64,000 bases of DNA from Camelus dromedarius (Eukaryota), in NCBI RefSeq assembly GCF_036321535.1, contig NC_087436.1, forward strand, positions 72,666,001-72,730,000, given 5' to 3'. This document shows positions 36,846 to 50,619 of the stretch, piece after piece; position 1 is the first letter of the stretch, and each line of letters begins with the position of its first letter. The notes under the pieces are model-generated. The model was not told the origin of the DNA. It worked only from the letters and a program-made list of their open reading frames with translations, and made no database searches. The position numbers and the translations under genes are program-made.

Positions 36846-38029
36846 TCAAAACTGCTCGGTAGCAAAGGAATGAATATACCAGATTCTCTTCTTTCCTCAG
36901 ACCCAGAAAAGTGGCTGCCTTCAGCCTCTGAGCTTTGCTCCACCCTCCTCCTCTTCAGCTTTGGATCCCCATGGGATGGTGCCAGGTTCCAGAAGTCACA
37001 CAACCAGTAGCTTCACTCTGAGGCCAAGTAGCATGCAAATTTGATCTATCGGATGATCAAATCCATCGTGGGACCAGTTTCACATTTTTATTAAAATGAC
37101 AAATGTTGTCACCCTATGCTTCCTGAGAGGAGTTTTTAAATGCTAGAAGAACTGTTAACTCAAACCTCTGTCCCACCCTAGCATTACCTAAATACGCTAC
37201 GTCAAAACCTGACAGAGGCAGTCACCACCACATTCAAAACAAGCGAATAATTTTCTTGTAGCAAAATGGGTTGTGGATTTGCTCCTATTCATCACCCATA
37301 AGCCTAATGTGTTTTTTGTATGCAGAGGAGTGACTTATGACCACCCTCACATAATAATTGCATACCCCTAAAAGCATTATTGCTTTGTATTTTGTGTTTC
37401 ATCCTAATATAACCACTGATATAAATAAGGCAAGGGGGTCTCAAATAGCTCGAAGTCTAAGATGCTTATATGAATCTTATTTTTTCTTCTAGGAAAAAAA
37501 AAGTGGTGAGAATATTTCTCCTGTAATTATTTAAAAGCAGCAAAAAGGCCAAAGGAAGAAAAGAGCCATTATAAGCCTGTGTCCGTGAAGCAACCAGAAC
37601 GAGGGCCACCCGTACCATGTGGAGAGAGCAGGCTGTACTTGGCTGTCCCATCCAAACCAGTCTTAAAGGACCTTCTGCATTAAAGACGTTCCTGGGCTAA
37701 TTAAGCTCGGCTCACACAGTTGCAGGAGACTGGGACATGAAGCACACACACTCTCTAGAGATTCCAGTGCCAAGAGGAGACTTTAAAGAGCCCCATTTAT
37801 CATCCAATGAAATGGATGAGAATGGATAGAAACATAAATGCTATTCCTTCATATGAGGTACTGGCAGTCCATTTCAAAGCCCGAAAGTTGGCTCCTCCTT
37901 TCCAACCCTTCAGCCTCTCTTTCATTCCACTCTTTGTATTAGCCCCCCACTATTTTGGGGGGAGGCACAAAGCATGTGGCCCTCGTACTCTCTTTTCCCT
38001 CCTCTTCATTATCATAATTTTTCTTAACG

Positions 38030-38250
38030 CTGTGGTGTTCTGAGCACTCATTGCGTTGAAAGCTCAGTACTAGACTCTGCACATGCAGCATCTTATTTAA
38101 ACCATAGAACATTCAGTGGCGAACTTTACAGCTTCAGCTGAGGGATGAGGAAATGGAGACTCTGAGACACAAGTTTCTCCAAGTCACACAGCAGCAGATC
38201 TGGGATTTAAACTAAATGTTGTTTGACTTCAAAGCCTGTACTGGTAACTT
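38030..38250 (-). mobile_element. MIR SINE
   Basis: gatgaggaaatggagactctgaga...ccaagtcacacagc...ctgggatttaaac. Confidence 0.7.
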
Positions 38251-39584
38251 CTGTATTCCATTACCAGTATCCTCTCTCTCCACTCAATCAGTGCCTATTA
38301 AATATATAAATGTAAAATACAAATAAATAAATAAACTTACAAATACATGTATTTACTTTTAGGTTTGCTCACCTTCTCTCCTTGTCACACTGCAGTGCTC
38401 CAGAGCTGCCTCCTTGGGACAGTCCGTACAGCAGTGGGGCTAACAGGGATCTCAGTCTCAGGAGATATGTCAGATGGCGAGGAGCATGAACCCTTAGGCT
38501 ATTCTGCTCATTGGACCCTGGAGACCCGAAGCATTAGGAGGCAGTGATACCCTCTTATCAGATGAGGACAATTAGAATAAGATGACACAGCCTTTGTCTA
38601 ACCCTTCAGCTGTGCTTCCTTGACTTTTCTACATGTCACAAGTAGGAGTGATGAATGACTGCAGATAGTTGCCACTATACAGTTTTTAATAGCCTAATGC
38701 TGTTACTGTTTTAACAAACGTCCAAATAAGACACTGACCTAGCCTGACAACAAATTTTTCTGCCTCTCCTGCTTCTCCTCTTAAACTGCTCCCTTCATGT
38801 GTCTGCCTTCCCTATGCACTCTCAGTTCTGTCCTCCGTTGGTAGTTCTGCCCTGGTAAGTCCCCTACCTAGATTCCTGTCCTTGCCAACATGACTAAAGC
38901 TTTCCCAATGCTTTTAATCTCTCAGTCTTATCACTGCTCACCCTTGAATGTCCCAAGTTACGCCTCTGCCCATGCCCACCTCTTGTTCACAGCATTTTAT
39001 GTTCTATGCGTGGTCCTTTTCACTGGATGAGATGATACTTTGGGGAAAGTGTGAAAACATTCTTTGCAATGCATCCAGACCTTAGATGGTGGGTAGGAAG
39101 ACTCCTCCAGGGGTGCTGACCCAGGGCCATCTCCTCTTCTTGCCAGTCCTGGAAGAATAGCACTCTTTATGTTCATCCTTCCATTGCTAGTCCTGGCATG
39201 CAGCAGAGTACCTGCAATGGGCAATGGGAAATAACACATTTACTTGTTTCATTCAGGCACTTCTATTTCTAGTCCCACTTCATGCCTTAACTCCTACTGC
39301 ATGTACTGATAAAAATCAAATGGCCTGTATTTCCTCAGAAATTCTGCACTGTTGTACCTCCATGCATCTACACATGCAGCTTCCTGTATCTGAAGTAGCA
39401 CCCTTCCTCTATTTTTATTCCATTTGATTAATTTCTTTTCATACTTCGAGACTCATCTCAGCTGCCCTCTCAACCAGGTATCTTTCCCTTGGGTAAGTGA
39501 CCATGCTAAATCAATCAATCCAAGTTCCTTTCTTTGGAGTCTTAGATTGAAGTACAATTTCCCCATCATTTGCTTCTTCCCTAT

Positions 39585-40009
39585 GACAGGGTTGTATGTT
39601 CCTGCTCTTTGTCACGTGAGCTGCTGTATCAAGTAGGAAGTTGTTGTTGCATCATGATTTTGGGTTGGGTCCTGGGGTATTCTTTGGCTGATGGGATATA
39701 CACAGATATGATATGTGCCATTTTTCAGTGAAGCTTTAAGTTGATTTGTGTGGTTTTTCCCTCACCAATTAGAATAGCATATCACAGACAAGGGATAATA
39801 ACAAGTACCCAGGTCTCTGGACGGAGAAGACCCATGGAGCAAAGCCAGGCTGAGCTGAGCAGAGCCAGGTACAGCTAAACACAGCAGAGCTGAGAAAACA
39901 TGTAGCTGGCCTGCAGCTCCTGTGTAACAGGAGCAATAAGTAAGTGTCTGTGGTTGTTAGCCTCTGATATTGGCATTATTTTTTGCCACAGATAAAGCTA
40001 ACTAATACA
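39585..40009 (+). mobile_element. MLT1 (MaLR) LTR
   Basis: Terminus ttgttagcctctgatattgg...ttgccacag...gctaactaataca. Confidence 0.65.
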
Positions 40010-41829
40010 CCGATAAAGCTGAATCATATTCGACAATGTAACCTAGTGTTAGAGCTGTCATTCACCAACCAGGTAACTCAGTCCACCTTCCTGGGGAGGA
40101 ACAAAGGGTAAAGTGACTGGCCAGCTGTGTTTAGGCAAATCCTTCCTCATGGAAACTACAGGAATAGGGAACAAACATTAATCTGTAACATATCCAAGTC
40201 ATGGCTATTCCATTTGGGGGAAGAAATGAGCAGTCTGTTAGGACAGTCCTCTTCCCATCTTCATGGGATACCTTCCTCAATGCCAATCACTGTTCCTTTG
40301 ACTAGCCTTACTAAACTTCTAGCACTCAGTTTTAAACTGTGCCAGAGCAGCCACTAATTAAATTAACTTTAAAGTTATGGTCTACCGGCAGCAACTTCAC
40401 CTGCTATTCCAATGTTTTATTCCAAGCAGTGCAATAAAAGAGAATTGAGATATTCTATTATTAAATGTCAACATTTAAATGTCTGAAATTTGAACATAAC
40501 CCTCCTCTCTTTGCCAAATTACCAGGGAGAAATTAAAGTTCAAAAATTATTGTTGCAAAAAATTTATTATCCAAAACAATGAAAACCAGAATGCAAAATA
40601 TACTGTCCTTTTGAGTTAAATATAAAGATAGATTTCACAATTTTTCCCTCTACCATTGCTAATACAATAGGATTCTTCACTATACTTGACTTGGAGAACA
40701 GCCAGGGAGTTTTCTTTTCATAGCAGAAGTTCTAGCCCAGCAGACCTAAAAACACAGTCCTCAACTATATACTTACCTGGCTTTTCAGCAAATACGATCA
40801 AAGTTACTCAGTCAGCCACTCCCTGACGAATGGCTTCAAACCATAGGGATGAGCCTCTTAAGTGGGTATTATACTTAGTAAGGAGGTCATCCCTTTCTTC
40901 TAGAATTATTGTCCTTGCTTCTTTGCTTAGTTTGAATGATGAATAAGTCTGTTGTCTCCAACTGGGAGTGCTAGCATCCCAAGGCAGAGTCTGCAGCCTC
41001 AAGCTCTGGAAGATGCCAGGCATGCTACACATAGTCCATGCTTCATGTCTTTGGAACATAAGGTGTCAGCTTCCAAATGGGAGAAGTAGCTAGGGATTCC
41101 TTGGGAAATCATTACATGAAATGTCACTGAACAAGTGAAAGAAGGTATTGATAAGCTTGTGTTTAGACAGTTACCTCTAACTCCAGATCCTGCTTTGTAT
41201 ATCCTAGCATCTAATCTTTAAATTTGGCATGTTAGCCAAACTGACTTTCCCCAATCTAGGGTCACATTCCTCTGGGTAGGATTCCCATAACACATCATTT
41301 AAGTGCTCCCTCAGTATTTCTGTGCCAGACCCTATAGTCCCCATAGTCTCCGTAGTCACTTCCAAGTCTCATACAGACCCTTACAAAGGCTGTTTTGGCG
41401 AAGGGTCAATTCCATGTCATTTGCACTGTTCACTAGTTAGCATAGTCTTAACTTTTCTTTCTAGTCATCTCAGTGCTGCCACTAATCAAGCACTAAGTAG
41501 ACCAAGTGTATATGGCTGCTGGTTGTGGTCTGCCCCTGTTTGTTTGTCAGAGTCCCTGTCTGGAGATGCTGTGCTGTAAGACCCAGATATTCCCAGAATT
41601 AATGTAACAACACTTTTTTTCTACGGTTAGGCAGTTAAGATCACTATCTGAGAATCTGTTCTTAACCACCTAACCATACAAAATACTAACCCAATGATCT
41701 CAGTGAGTCTAGTTCTCTGAATACCAAGTCAACAGGTATGGATTAGACAATGCCAGAGTTTATAGCATTCAAGAAATTTTTCTTATAGTGATGGGCACAA
41801 GAATGAGATCTCCTCTGGTCAATTGATTG

Positions 41830-41872
41830 ATCTGTCTATCTATCTATCTATCATCTGTCTATCATATATATC
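41830..41872. repeat. (TCTA)n microsatellite
   Basis: atctgtctatctatctatctatcatctgtctatc. Confidence 0.85.
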
Positions 41873-42120
41873 TAATGGTGGGCTAAACTGCAGCAGAGTG
41901 GTCCTGGAAATTAGCCATTCCTCAGGCCTGGTATACCATTGTCCTTTCTCTGAGGGTGGCATTACATGAGATGGTCAGAGTGTCACTTAGCCATGGTTTA
42001 CAAAGTCTTTCTACACTCAATTGATAAATCCATCTTAGTTGATATTTACATATATAGCCGTGAACTAGGAAGATCCATAAATTGTCAGTTTCATCCTGAC
42101 TCTGTATCTTTAGTGTACAA

Positions 42121-42260
42121 TTATGAAAACACTAATCCGAAGAGATTTTTACACTCCCATGTTCATTATGGCGTTATTTACAATTGCTAATACACAGAAG
42201 CAACCTAAGTTCCCATCAAGGGATGAATGGATGAAGAAAATGTTTTATATATATATAAAA
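42121..42260 (+). mobile_element. L1 ORF2 C-terminal fragment
   Basis: catgttcattatggcgttatttacaattgctaa...aagcaacctaagttccc...gatgaatggatgaagaaaatg. Confidence 0.8.
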
Positions 42261-42294
42261 TGTTTTATTTATATATGTGTTATAAAGTGTTAGT

Positions 42295-43025
42295 GTGCTC
42301 GATGTTGTCCCAGAGGTCCCTTAAAATATCCTCATTTATAAAATTCTTTTTTCTTTTTGATGTTCTGATTAGATGATTTCTATTATTCTGTCTTCCAAAC
42401 CACTTATACTTCTATCATTTAATCTACTGTTGACTCCCTGTAATGTATTTTTCATTTCAGTTATTGTATTCTTCAGCTATGATTGGTTCTTTTTTATATC
42501 TTCTAACCCTTTGTTGAAGTTCTCATTATGTTCCTCCATTATTCTCCCAAGCTTGGTGAGCATTTTTATGGCCATTATTTTGAACTCTTTATCAGGTAAA
42601 TTATTTATCTCTGTTTTATTAAGGTTTTCCTCTGGGGTTTTATCTTATTCTTTCATTTGGAACATACTCCTCCGTGTCTTCATTTTGTTTGATTTTCTGT
42701 GTTTGTTTAAGTGAATAAGGCAAAACGGTTACCTTTCCTGGTCTTGACACCATGAATTTGTGTTGGGGCATCACTTACATAGACTGTGTGCCAGGGGCTA
42801 GAGCAGGCATGAGTCTGGGGGTCCTGGTGTGTAGTGGGCCATGGTTACCTTGGTGGGATGGCTGGAGCTTGAGTGGGGTGCTGTGGCAGGCTGGCTGGAA
42901 CACCAGGTTTTTAAACTGCTGCCTCTGTGCTGTCTCAGGGTGAACGAGTTTGTACATGAGCCCTTTGAGAGCTGAGGAAATGAGCTCAGCATCTTCCTAC
43001 TCCACCATCTTGATCCTGCCCCTCT
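42295..43025 (-). mobile_element. L1 5' end with shortened 5'UTR and ORF1 N-terminus (pseudogenised)
   Basis: L1 start caagatggtggagtaggaag. ATG at 42683 reads MKTRRSMFQMKE*DKTPEENLNKTEINNLPDKEFKIMAIKMLTKL, which is ORF1p-like. Confidence 0.85.
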
Positions 43026-43627
43026 TCCTATAAAGGTTTAATGGTGCCAGGAGTGTGTGCACTCAGTGGCTACCTTGGAAATGCAAACATATTTGAGGAC
43101 ACAATCTGTCTCTATCTGGCATAGGCCTTGACACATAGATTTTAGAAACAGTACAGAATTCCTGGGATTTTTATCTTAATTTTATCTCTGATACTCTGGG
43201 GGAACTGGGCTACCTTTTAAACCAGATGATTTCTATGCTTCAATTGCCTGAGATACATTTATGAGCCACATTCTGTTGTTTACCAGAAATTCCATCAAAC
43301 CGCTGAGGAACCGTTATTCAGATATCTTGTGCAATTTCTGTATTTACAGGAGTACGTGGGGTCAGTAGATTTTCCCAGCCACCCATCTCCCTTTCCTTGG
43401 AGATGTCACATCTTGTTCCATTAGATGTTTAGTTCCCAGTCCTCATTCAGATAAAAACATTCTCTACTTGCTCCTTCACCTATTTATTGAAAGGCTTATT
43501 CTTTATTTGCTCTCTGCTCATTGAAGTATTATGTATTGAAGGTGAGATATTTCTGTTAGAACGCATGTCTGTCTCATAAAGTCTTCTAAAGACTAGCGTA
43601 TCTTCTGAGTTTCTTTGGAGATTCACA

Positions 43628-43704
43628 GTTTCAAAGTAGGTATTTGATACTTTGTTTCAAAGTAGGTATTTGATAATCATATTGTGATATGATAATCATA
43701 TTGT
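43628..43704. repeat. Two overlapping short tandem duplications
   Basis: gtttcaaagtaggtatttgata x2 (period 26) and tgataatcatattgt x2 (period 19). Confidence 0.9.
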
Positions 43705-46700
43705 CAAAATCACCTCTTATTGCTAAAATAAAATATTGTCCTTGGTCATTCTTTGTGATTTGTCCACATTGTCCTCTAATTTCTTATCTTGTAAATTCTA
43801 TTCTTCCTAGTTTGGATGGGAATGTGAAACTACATACTACTGCATTTTCATTTAGTGTTCCTTTTTAGTTCTAGTATACCAGACCATTGTTACAACTAGG
43901 TTTTGGTCTCAGGTAATTTCTCCCTATCTATGTGCTTCAGATTTGGCAATGACCAGCTTATGTTAGGAATATCTCTTTCCTATAGTCTCCAGTGTGTGGA
44001 GGTCATCTATCAATGCCCCATGCCCTTTTAGGTATCTGACTCCAAAAGCAAATGATGTGGGTTTATCAGCAAGTTAAATCTCTGGACTGATGATCCTGTC
44101 CTAAACTTAAGTACTGTTACTCTGAAATGATTATTAGCAAAGCTCAAGAGCCTTCTTATGCTCCTGAATACATGGTCAAGATTGGTTACAAAAATCATGT
44201 CCAGTTCCCCTTTTTCCTCCAGCCATGCTGTTTTAAAAGTAATTGTTTCCTGAGCGTCTGCTGGGGCTCTTGACGTTGCCAGCTACTAATTTCCATACGA
44301 TCCACCATCCACCATGTATATTAACTACCCTGATTCTCAGAATACTTGTATTTCTATCAAATTTTGAGCAGTTATTACTCTAGCACACAGTATCTTCCTA
44401 AATCTGTTGGATTGCCTTGCCTGAAGATGGGTTGCTGAGGTTTTATGAGGACCCATGGTTCTGAGCATGCTCTGAAGATAGTCTTGCCCAGACTGTAGGT
44501 TCTCATAGTTTCTTCAAGGAGCTCTGCATGGACTCTGAAGATAGAATACACCAGGCAACGTGTGGTTGTTACTGAACTTCCTTATAACATTTACCTCTCT
44601 GAAAATACATGGAAGGGATTTTGGTAGAACCAGATCTGGATATGTCATACCCATATCCTTAAACGTCAACTCCTGGCACATCCCAAATAATGTATAAATA
44701 GAACTTTTAAAGACGTCATATTTTATCCCAACACATCTAAGTACCTATGAGTCATAAACCACAGGTAACTTTTCTCATGATATGTTTGCATTAGGACTAT
44801 GGCTACTGTATAATATGAAATTATGATAGATTTTTACCCAATGAAATATTATTAAACTATTATGAACTATGACTATGAAGGCATAGCTGCAATTTATAAA
44901 ATGCTTCTGATTTCTTTTTAAATGAAGAAAGAATATTTACCTAATCATATGTACACAGTGACTATATATGGATAAGAATTTGAATGAAATATAAATAAAA
45001 TTAATTTATTTAGTTTGTACCACAAAATTATGGGTAAAATTTTCAGATTAAAAATATTTTATTTGCTACCATAATTATAAATTATGATAAGAATAAACAA
45101 AGAAAACCAAACAACATCTTGCTCAAAGCATTCTGTTTAATTTTAGTTAAACCTGAAGAGTAAATTCATTAAGTTTAGAACCTGGCTGGATGAATAAAGT
45201 TTCACAAAGCAAGATCTTTAGAGATTTATATAAATAGGGAGGTGCTCTGAAGTGCAAGAGCAGATACATGGCATCAGCAGTTTGTACTGATCAAGGCACA
45301 GTATCCTGATGAATCATTTTGGAATGCGACTTTATCCACCCACTTGGTAATCCTATCTCAAAAAAAAAAAAAATTCCAAAATGAAGATTAACCAAAGGCT
45401 TGAACCCTTCTGTGCACAATAAAGCATATTGTTTACATTCATCAAAAAGATGTAGATTCAAGCTCTCATTTTACCATTTACCCTGTACTGCTCTTCCCAA
45501 TAGTTCTGTATATAAGAGTTTGAAAAGTGCAGACTTGTTCTCTTGATATCCACACAGCAGAAAGAGGTAAAAACTTCTGGTCATGGCATGATTATATGAA
45601 CTTTGAAAATTGCATCAAATTTCCCTTTGAGTCTTTCAAGCTGAGCAGTGTGCTACCTAAAGAAATACACTAATAGAATCTTCTCAAGGGCTCTTCTTTC
45701 AGAGAATAGGAAAGACTTATTTCCTACAGCAGTACTTTTTCTAATCCTATTATTATAAATTTGCAAAGAGAATCCCTGTTATGCATGAAACACAATACCC
45801 ATAATCACCTTTAGCCTCTCCCACACACTACCATCATTTTCTGGTGAGACAAACCTATCTTAGCCTTAACCTCAACATTCCACAGCATCATGCCATCCAT
45901 CTGTTATCATAAACATTTGTGCCAGTGAAAAATTAAATTTCCCAAGGCCTTATATGTAATGTAGTAAATAAAGTGTGAAAAGATGTCTTCATAAAGAAAT
46001 CATTCTCTGCAATCCATTTACATTAATATATATTACTTGGAAACACATGGTGAATGAAATAATGCTGCATATTCCCTGTTAGTATTGCTGATGTCCTATG
46101 TGTACAGCCCTAGTTTTGCTCCCTATTGCTTACTAAAGAAAATGAAAAGCTGTATGGATAATCCAAAGCAAGCCTTCTAAACCCAAGTGGCTAACAATTC
46201 CAACTGTGGCACTCTTTCCAAAATAGTCAGTTTGGCTTGTGCTACTGGTGATACCATCAAGTTGGTAATTCCAATACGTGGAATAGCTGTGCTATATTGC
46301 TACACAGTTAATCTGGTTAATACATTGATACTAAAACTTCAAAACATAAGATTCAGCACTTTTTGATGGATTCAGTCAATGTACATGGGCAGTACCTTCT
46401 AAATATGTTCTAAGATGAACTGGACTAAATGTCACAACAATGTAATATTTCTACCTGTGAAGTTTCATTGGAGTCTATTGTGAAATTCCATGGGATAAAC
46501 TGTGAATGGAGTTAGTAACTACAAGTCTTTGTCTTGGCTGCTTAGCTCAATTGGTCAGAACACAGCGCAGAGGAGGATAAGAATGCGATAATGATTACAG
46601 GAAGGATTTTTTCTACATAAAATAATGACACTTGGCTTTTGGAATATTTTTAACAATTAAAGTTAATGTGGATATGTAAGTCTGGGAATTGATTTCAAAT

Positions 46701-46919
46701 CAAACAAAGCTACACCGTGAAACCTTAAAACAGAAGATGTGGCAATATCATGATGTCCTCCCTACTACCCTTCAAATATTTCCCCTCCTTAAGACTCCCC
46801 TATTCATTTGATAGGGGAAGCAATACTTTTCAAAATATTAAATTCTCCCTTGGTCCTTCTAGCTCAAACTTTACTCAGTGGGATAATAAAATAAGTTAAT
46901 AATAATGATAAAAATCCTA

Positions 46920-47130
46920 TTAACTTACATCTATTAAGTACTTACCATTTGCCAGAATTATAACAAAGGCTTTAAATATTTTCTCTCACTTGAATATAGC
47001 CACAATTTCATGAGGTAGGTACCACTGTCAGTCCACATACAGGTTAAAAAACTGAGGCTCCCCTGAGATTGAATAACTTGCCTAAGATCACTTAATAAGT
47101 GATAGCACCAAGGTTCAAACCCTGCCTGAC
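46920..47130 (-). mobile_element. MIR SINE
   Basis: catgaggtaggtacc...aaaactgaggctc...taacttgcctaagatcac. Confidence 0.8.
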
Positions 47131-48262
47131 TCATTTAAACATTTTTATGTTTACTAGTGTTTTATGGTGCTGAGTCAGCTCTAGAAAGAGAAACTTTTAA
47201 AATGACATTAATTCAGGAAAAGTTTAAAGACCCATTCTACCCCCGGCTCATGTATAGTCACTTGATCTTTACCACCGATCATTTAAATATTTGTTTCAGA
47301 TAAACTACACTATGTACTGATGACTAATGGAGTGTTGATAATGACCTTTTGGTTAATGAGAGTAATGTACTGTTCTTTGAGAGGATGATGCTACTGAGAT
47401 GATCTAACCATTAAAGGGCCATGAACTTTGTGTTGATTTCCTAATTGTGATGATGCATTAGCTTTGACTTCCCCTAAAACATTCACTTTGTTTTAGGAGA
47501 ATATAATCCTTTCTGTTTTCATTGTTGATACAACTGTGCAAGGTTAAAGTAAATGAACTGGCCCACATAGATTCTACCCACATCCTTGCCTTCCTCTGAA
47601 CCACGCTCTGATGGACTGAACTGAGCAAAGCAAACCAAAGATTTCTAGTTAATAATTCCACCCTCCACCCACACTCAGCCTGGGAATTTTGCAACAGTTT
47701 CTAGTAAAATTTCAGAGATATAATGCTATAGCTATGAAACTTAAGGATACTGTTTCTGTTCATCCTAGGACTTAGAGTGTACTATCAATGTGCATTTTCT
47801 GTATCTATCTAAAATTAATCAATTTGTTTCAGAGTCTTATGATAAACTATAGAATGAATCGGTAATCAATTTCAGGCACTGAAGTTATCTCAAATACCAA
47901 ATGATAGTGTTACAAGTAGCAAAGGCAAATTTCTTCCTAGGAAATTGTATTGTTATGAAAGCATGGGAGAATGTTCACCAGCTACTTGCTTTGTTTTTTG
48001 ATATTCCCTCAATGCTTCTTGTACTCCGTTCAAGTTAAATTACCTGTTCTCTAGATCTGGTGGGCCTTTTCATCTGATGTTCTTTCTGTAAGAAAGGTCC
48101 TTCCTTGCTTTCTCATCCGGCAACCTCTTCCTTCAAATCTGTGCACTAAAGGATTCCCATTTCTCTAAGGCAATGTTAGATGGTCAGACTTCCATATTTT
48201 CAAAACCTCTTGCACATATTTCTACTTTGCAATTAAGGCATCCATCCATTCATTCATCAAGC

Positions 48263-48872
48263 TTTTTTTTTATTTAAGTATAGTTAGTTTACAATGTTGT
48301 GTCAATTTCTGGTTACAGTACAATGCTTTAGTCATATATGAATATACATAATATACATATATTCATTTTCATATTCTTTTTCACTACAAGATATTCAATA
48401 TATTTCCCTGTGCTATACAGTATAAACTTGTTATTTATCTATTTTATATATATCAGTCAGTATCTGCAAATCTTGAACTCCCAGTTTATCCCTTCCCACC
48501 CAACTCCCCCCTGGTAACCGCAAGTCTATATTCTATGTCTGTGAGTCTGTTTCTGTTTTATACTTAAGTTTATTTGTCTATTTTTTTTTAGATTCTACAT
48601 ATGAGTGATATCATATGGTACTTTTCTTTCTCTTTCTGGCTTACTTCACTTAGAATGACATTCTCCAGGACCATCCACGTTGCTGCAAATGGCATTGTTT
48701 TATCATTTTTTATGGCTGAGTAGTATTTCATTGCATAAATATACCACAACTTCTTTATCCAGTCATCTGTCAATGGACATTTAGGTTGTTTCCATGTCTT
48801 GGCTATTGTAAATAGTGCTGCTATGAACATTGGGGTGCAGGTGTCTTTTTGAATTTAGGTTCCCTCTGGATA
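48263..48872 (-). mobile_element. L1 3' fragment (ORF2 C-terminus plus 3'UTR) inserted into an L2 tail
   Basis: ORF MFIAALFTIAKTWKQPKCP...WIKKLWYIY is L1 ORF2. TSD tcatcaagc at 48254-48262 and 48873-48881. Confidence 0.95.
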
Positions 48873-48982
48873 TCATCAAGCATTTCTGAGTATCTATTTG
48901 TATGTAATAGGCACAGTGTCAATCACAGAGGATACAAAACAAGTAATATACATTCTCTATTATAAAATGTTTAAAGTGTTAC

Positions 48983-49168
48983 GCAGGGCTTCTTAACCTG
49001 GGAACTTCTTATTCTGAATGAACTTTTGGGGTTCCATTTAGCTTGTTGAAATTTTGTGCATAAATTTGTGTGTATGTATATGTGTGAACTTCTTGGCAAA
49101 GGTGGTTTTTAGATTTCATCAGATTCTAAAAAACTTCAGAAAACCCAAGAAGGTTAAGACCATTGATT
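48983..49168. mobile_element. hAT-Charlie-type MITE
   Basis: Inverted termini cagggcttcttaacct ... aggttaagaccattg, with internal tttcatcagattct. Confidence 0.65.
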
Positions 49169-49379
49169 ATTGGAAAAGACAATCAGGCAATTACAATAGA
49201 TTGCGTAATCAATGATTATATGGTGGTATGCATAGGACCAAATATATTGTGCGTGTGTGATAGAAACCAGAAAGTGGTGGTGGTATTTGAAAAAGCTTTT
49301 GGGAGGAGGTGCTATCTGGTTGAACCTTAAAGGATGTGTAAGAGGTAGCTCTCTCTACTTTTCTTGACTGTCAAATTCC

Positions 49380-49930
49380 AGAACTCTTTTTTACTTCCTC
49401 ATCATTCATTTATCTCTTAACCTACAAAAGCCTGGCTTTCAGACCCACCACTGTACAGAAACCACTCTGATGAAAGTCATTAATAATGTCTTCATTCCTA
49501 AAACCAGTGGAATTATTTCTATTCTTATCTTGTTTGATCTGTATGCAACATTTGAATCTCCCTCCTTTTAAAAATTTCTCCTTTTTTTCATGTTTCCTCA
49601 CTCTTGTACCTTTTCTTTCACTTCTCTCCACTTCTCTTAGTGTTATTTCTAAGAAGTCCATCAATATTTTTCCTCCAATTTCCTCTTGGAGTTTCATTCC
49701 CAAATGTCTTCACTTCTTAATCCATTCCATCTTTCTAGCTGATCTAATGTATATTTATGGCTTTAGAAAGCATTTCTCTGCTGCTACCCTGCAGACTTCT
49801 ATGCCTCCATGCCAGATTTCTCTTCCAGAAAGGTCCAGAACCATCTACCCAATTACTTGCTATACATCTTCATTTGATTTCCCATGGGCAGCTCCCACTC
49901 AAGATATTCAAAACTAAACTCCTCATCTTC
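49380..49930 (+). mobile_element. L2 fragment
   Basis: ctggctttcagacccaccactgtacagaaaccactct...aaaactaaactcctcatcttc. Confidence 0.7.
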
Positions 49931-50619
49931 TCTATCAATATATAGGAAAGGCCTTCAATAAATTAGAGAAAAGGAGAACTAATACATGAGAATTATACTC
50001 TAAGAAACAGTAAATAGTAGTAAGAGTTCTGGAGTTGTAATGGCAAACTACATAGACAATATTTTGGCCTTCGTAGAATTTACAGTATAGTGAGAAATAG
50101 GACACATGTAGAGACAATCCCAATAGTGTATGAAAAGTGTTATGAGAGAGAGAGTACACAGGCTGCTATCAGAGCACACAGGGAGACCCCTAACCCAGAC
50201 ACGAGAGGGGGCAGTTATGACACAGGAGGTGATACATAAACTGAACTTTTCGTTAGAGTATGTTGCACTCACTGATGATCTCTTCAAGATTCTGTCTTTA
50301 TTCAGAGCAGGCTTTATTCAGAGCCTGGTATTTTCTTACTCAGAGTTATTAAGAGCTTTCGTAGAAGCTACCAGATGCTACTTCAAAAGCCTGAATTGAA
50401 CTTTAGTCATATGCTGTCTTTTAGGAAAGCAGGTGAGAGAACTGGACTGTGAAATTTTGGACAGGAGAGAAAAGAACATGCCCTAATTTCTTTGTATCTG
50501 TCATGACAGCTGGCTCAAAAGATATATGATGAAATAAATGCTGACTGCTACAGGGGTTTCCTGCAAAAGAAAATAAGCATTTTCTGTGGGTTAGAACATC
50601 AGTGGTGATTATAATACTT

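Larger units (their letters stand above)
40800..44700 (-). mobile_element. Highly degraded class III ERV (ERVL-like) internal/pol remnant, interrupted by an L1 and a (TCTA)n repeat
   Basis: Minus-strand segments loosely echo RT, RNaseH (IYTD-like, about 43370) and integrase (HPQ...NG-like, about 41950) in the expected order. No intact ORF. Confidence 0.5.

Noticed and set aside
42373..42714. 113-aa hydrophobic, membrane-protein-like ORF
   Set aside because: It is the antisense reading of A-rich L1 ORF1.
46535..46580. tRNA-like ggctgcttagctcaattggtcagaac
   Set aside because: Only an A-box half with no B box or cloverleaf. At most a decayed tRNA-derived SINE head (MamSINE1-like), not a tRNA gene.
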